Source: an uncultured Candidatus Rokubacteria bacterium (lineage in GTDB: Bacteria > Methylomirabilota > Methylomirabilia > Rokubacteriales > CSP1-6). From it: a stretch of 64,000 nt of DNA. The stretch spans positions 288,001 to 352,000 of the forward strand of contig CAVWFS010000001.1 of NCBI GenBank assembly GCA_963754315.1, in the 5' to 3' direction. The notes under the pieces are model-generated. The model was given only the letters and a program-made list of their open reading frames with translations, made no database searches and had not been told where the DNA came from. This document shows, in pieces, positions 61,154-64,000 of the stretch (position 1 is its first letter; every line of letters starts with the position of its first letter). The position numbers and the translations under genes are program-made.

Positions 61154-62101
61154 TCAGTCTTCGTCGGAGAAGGCATCCTGCATGCGATGCGCGAGGTGGC
61201 GGTGTCCCTTGAAGTAGTAGGCCAGCATGGCCGTGGCCGCCAGCAAGTTCCCGGTAAAGATCTCCCAGCCCGCCACTTCGTCGAGCACCGATTTGGCGAG
61301 GATGATCACGGCGCCGAAGAAGCCCACCTCGAAGGCGGTAAACAGGATGACAAGGGGAAAGATGAATACGGGCTGACGCTCGGCGGCCGCAATCAACACC
61401 GCGCCCACCACTCCGAACAGGACGAAGGCGAGCCCATGGACGATCGAATAGTGAAACACGGCCGGCAGGCGCGGGGGTTGTCGCAGGAGGGCGCTGCCAA
61501 GCAATTCCGGCGTGCGGAGCGGGTCACCCTGAATCCAGTCGAGGACCAGGAACCAGAGCGCCACCACGGCGGCTCCGATGAGGCCCGCGACGACGCCCTC
61601 ACGCAGCACCGTCCCCGCCGAACCGACGAGGGTGCTGGGCAGCCCGGGATGTTCGCGAACGAGGTACCAGATCATCGCGGCCGAGGCGAGCAGGTTGCCA
61701 ATGAGGATCGCCCACCACACGAGGGCGCCGAGCATCGACTGGCCCAGGGCGCCCACCACGCCGAGGACGAAGACCTCGAAGCAGGCGAAGAGAATGACGA
61801 AGGCCACGAACACCGCTGGCTCGCCCTCGCTCACGGACATCACGCTGGCGGCGATGACGCCGAAGGCAATGAACGCCAGGCCGTGGATGATGGTGTAGCC
61901 GATGACGGGTCCCAGGGTGATTTCGAGCCCGACGGGATTGTTCACGCCGGAGAAGAGCGCGTTGCCCAGCAAGGCGGGGGTGAACAGCGGTTTGCCACGA
62001 GCAAGGTCGAAGACGAGAAACCACACGGCGACGACCGTGGCTCCGATGAGGCCGGTGACGATGCCTTCCCGGAGCACCGAGCGTCGTGCGGGAACCATCA
62101 C
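61154..62101 (-). CDS. Hypothetical integral membrane protein built from two homologous halves
   Basis: REGIVTGLIGATVVAVWFL...TPALLG is repeated as REGVVAGLIGAAVVALWFL...TPELLG. Confidence 0.8.
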   Translation of the reverse strand: MMVPARRSVLREGIVTGLIGATVVAVWFLVFDLARGKPLFTPALLGNALFSGVNNPVGLEITLGPVIGYTIIHGLAFIAFGVIAASVMSVSEGEPAVFVAFVILFACFEVFVLGVVGALGQSMLGALVWWAILIGNLLASAAMIWYLVREHPGLPSTLVGSAGTVLREGVVAGLIGAAVVALWFLVLDWIQGDPLRTPELLGSALLRQPPRLPAVFHYSIVHGLAFVLFGVVGAVLIAAAERQPVFIFPLVILFTAFEVGFFGAVIILAKSVLDEVAGWEIFTGNLLAATAMLAYYFKGHRHLAHRMQDAFSDED

Positions 62102-62149
62102 CTGTCTGTATAGCACGGAGGGATTCGATTCTGTGGGCCTCGTGCGCAG

Positions 62150-62791
62150 CTAGGGGTCGCGGGCGATGCGTACGCCGTAATCGGAGTAGCGGAGCCCCGG
62201 AGGCAGAGACGAGCGATGGGCGACCGGACTCCACGGATCGGCGTGGCGCCAGGCCCCACCGCGGCTGACGCGCCGCGCACCGGTGGCGGGACCGCGTGGA
62301 TTGCGGTAGTCACCCCGCGCATAGGTCTGCTCGTCGAACCAGTCGGCACACCACTCGTGGCAGACCCCCGAAAGGTCCGTGAGTCCGATCGGATTGGCAG
62401 GGGTCGTTCCCACCCGGGGTGGGCGGTCGAAGCGATCGGGCGGACGGGCGTCACCCCACGGATAACGCCGTCCCTCGACACCCCCCCGGGCGGCGTATTC
62501 CCATTCAGCCTCCGTGGGCAAGCGCCCTCCGCACCACATCGCGAAGCGCACCGCCTCGTCCCACGAGAGGCCGACCACCGGCTGCCGAGGATCCGAGTGA
62601 TGGGAATGGCCCCAGAAACGGGGCGGGGAGGCCTGCGTAGCGGCCAGATATTCGGCGAAGTCGGCGTTGGTGGCGGGTGTCTCGGCGATGTGAAAGGCGT
62701 CGACCCAGACGACGTGCACGGGACGTTCGGCGGGATGCCCATCGTCCCAGCCCATGCGGAACTCGCCGCCCGGAACGCGCACGAAGATCAT
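62150..62791 (-). CDS. FGE-sulfatase (SUMF1/EgtB-like) domain protein
   Basis: VPGGEFRMG, RLPTEAEWEYAARGG, YPWG, EWCADW, RGGAW. Confidence 0.88.
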   Translation of the reverse strand: MIFVRVPGGEFRMGWDDGHPAERPVHVVWVDAFHIAETPATNADFAEYLAATQASPPRFWGHSHHSDPRQPVVGLSWDEAVRFAMWCGGRLPTEAEWEYAARGGVEGRRYPWGDARPPDRFDRPPRVGTTPANPIGLTDLSGVCHEWCADWFDEQTYARGDYRNPRGPATGARRVSRGGAWRHADPWSPVAHRSSLPPGLRYSDYGVRIARDP

Positions 62792-62854
62792 CCCCTCCAG
62801 CCTCCTGGCCGGCCACTCTATAATGGCGGCTGACCGTTCGCAGGAGGGATCATC

Positions 62855-64000
62855 ATGCACGTCGCGTCCCGCATGTCACGCCTCGGCACGGAGTCCGCCT
62901 TCGAAGTTCTCGCGCGCGCCCGCGCCCTGGAACGCCAGGGTCGGAGCATCATCCATCTGGAGATCGGCGAGCCTGACTTCGACACGCCGGAGCACATCAA
63001 GGACGCGGCCAAGCAAGCGCTCGACGCCGGCGCCACCCACTACGGCCCGTCGGCTGGTCTGCCCGAGCTGCGTGAGGTCATCGCCAAGCACGTGGCCGAG
63101 ACGCGCGGGGTGCCCGTGTCGCCGGACGAGGTGGTGGTGACACCAGGGGCCAAGCCCATCATGTTCTTCACGATCCTGGCCCTGGTTGGCGAAGGGGACG
63201 AGGCCATCTACCCGAATCCCGGGTTTCCCATCTACGAGTCCGTCATCCGCTTCGTGGGCGGGGTTCCCGTGCCCATTCCGTTGCGCGAGGCCACCGGCTT
63301 TGGTTTCGACATGGAAGAGTTCGAGCGGCGGCTGTCGTCGCGGACCCGCCTCATCATCATCAACTCGCCGGAGAATCCCACGGGCGGCGTGCTCGAGAGG
63401 GCCCAGATCGAGCGAATCGCCCACCTGGCCGCGGAGCGCGGGATCCCCGTGCTGGCCGACGAGATCTACCGTCAGTTCCTGTACGAGGGCGAGTTCCAGT
63501 CGATCATGTCGTTGCCCGGCATGCGCGAGCACACCATCCTGCTCGACGGGTTCTCCAAGTCCTACGCGATGACGGGCTGGCGTCTGGGCTATGGCGTGAT
63601 GCCGACCGCGCTGGCCGAGCACGTGACGCGGCTCATGGTGAACTCCAACTCCTGCACGGCGTCGTTCGTCCAGCTGGCCGGTCTGGCCGCGCTGCAGGGC
63701 GACCAGGGCTCCGTCACCCGCATGGTGGCCGAGTTCAGGCGTCGCCGCGACCTGGTGGTCGACGGTCTCAACACGCTGCCTGGAGTGCGCTGCGTGCTGC
63801 CTCGTGGGGCTTTTTACGTCTTTCCGAACATCACGGGAACTGGCCGCTCATCCGCCGAGGTGGCGGAGCGCCTGCTCACCGAGGCGGGAGTGGCCACCCT
63901 CTCGGGGACGGCCTTCGGCGAGTACGGCGAGGGTTACCTTCGGCTCTCCTATGCCAACTCGGAAGCCAACTTGCGTGAGGCCCTGACGCGGATGCGTCCC
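62855..64000 (+). CDS. PLP-dependent class I/II (aspartate-type) aminotransferase, truncated by window end
   Basis: AGGAGG SD; LEIGEPDFDTP, NSPENPTG, DEIY, GFSKSYAMTGWRLGY; missing from the ORF track because no stop lies in the window. Confidence 0.93.
   Translation, partial: MHVASRMSRLGTESAFEVLARARALERQGRSIIHLEIGEPDFDTPEHIKDAAKQALDAGATHYGPSAGLPELREVIAKHVAETRGVPVSPDEVVVTPGAKPIMFFTILALVGEGDEAIYPNPGFPIYESVIRFVGGVPVPIPLREATGFGFDMEEFERRLSSRTRLIIINSPENPTGGVLERAQIERIAHLAAERGIPVLADEIYRQFLYEGEFQSIMSLPGMREHTILLDGFSKSYAMTGWRLGYGVMPTALAEHVTRLMVNSNSCTASFVQLAGLAALQGDQGSVTRMVAEFRRRRDLVVDGLNTLPGVRCVLPRGAFYVFPNITGTGRSSAEVAERLLTEAGVATLSGTAFGEYGEGYLRLSYANSEANLREALTRMRP

Overview
GC-rich, gene-dense bacterial chromosomal window. 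The many Liv-type ABC transporters, the multi-GAF kinase and the GC-rich palindromic repeats would fit a soil bacterium such as Ca. Rokubacteria (inference only). Contents, in order: a DinB-ilvE-DinB-HIT-B12-binding domain-acyl-CoA dehydrogenase cluster; a di-haem (DHOR-type) protein divergent from siroheme synthesis genes and a sulfite/nitrite reductase; a VapBC-type toxin-antitoxin pair; an FAD oxidoreductase; a sugar ABC module lacking its ATPase; a Liv ABC operon with an NCS2 permease; a rhodanese downstream of a decayed MalT/BTAD regulator; two tandem paralogous acyl-CoA synthetase + ABC importer operons followed by a signal-peptide-bearing truncated haemoglobin and a PaaK-like ligase; a PIG-L/YbaK/FAAL/LLM cluster; a divergent symporter-like protein; uvrA, pyk, a six-GAF hybrid kinase and a crotonase; and an aminotransferase running off the right end. 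I saw no rRNA, tRNA, CRISPR array, prophage or transposase. About eleven single-base frameshifts, nearly all +1, are probably sequencing or assembly errors and explain several false fusions in the ORF track. The strongest leads are the exported globin embedded in the duplicated lipid-uptake operons, three families of intergenic repeats, two probable CTG starts, and several uncharacterised membrane proteins. No single novel system is established from sequence alone.
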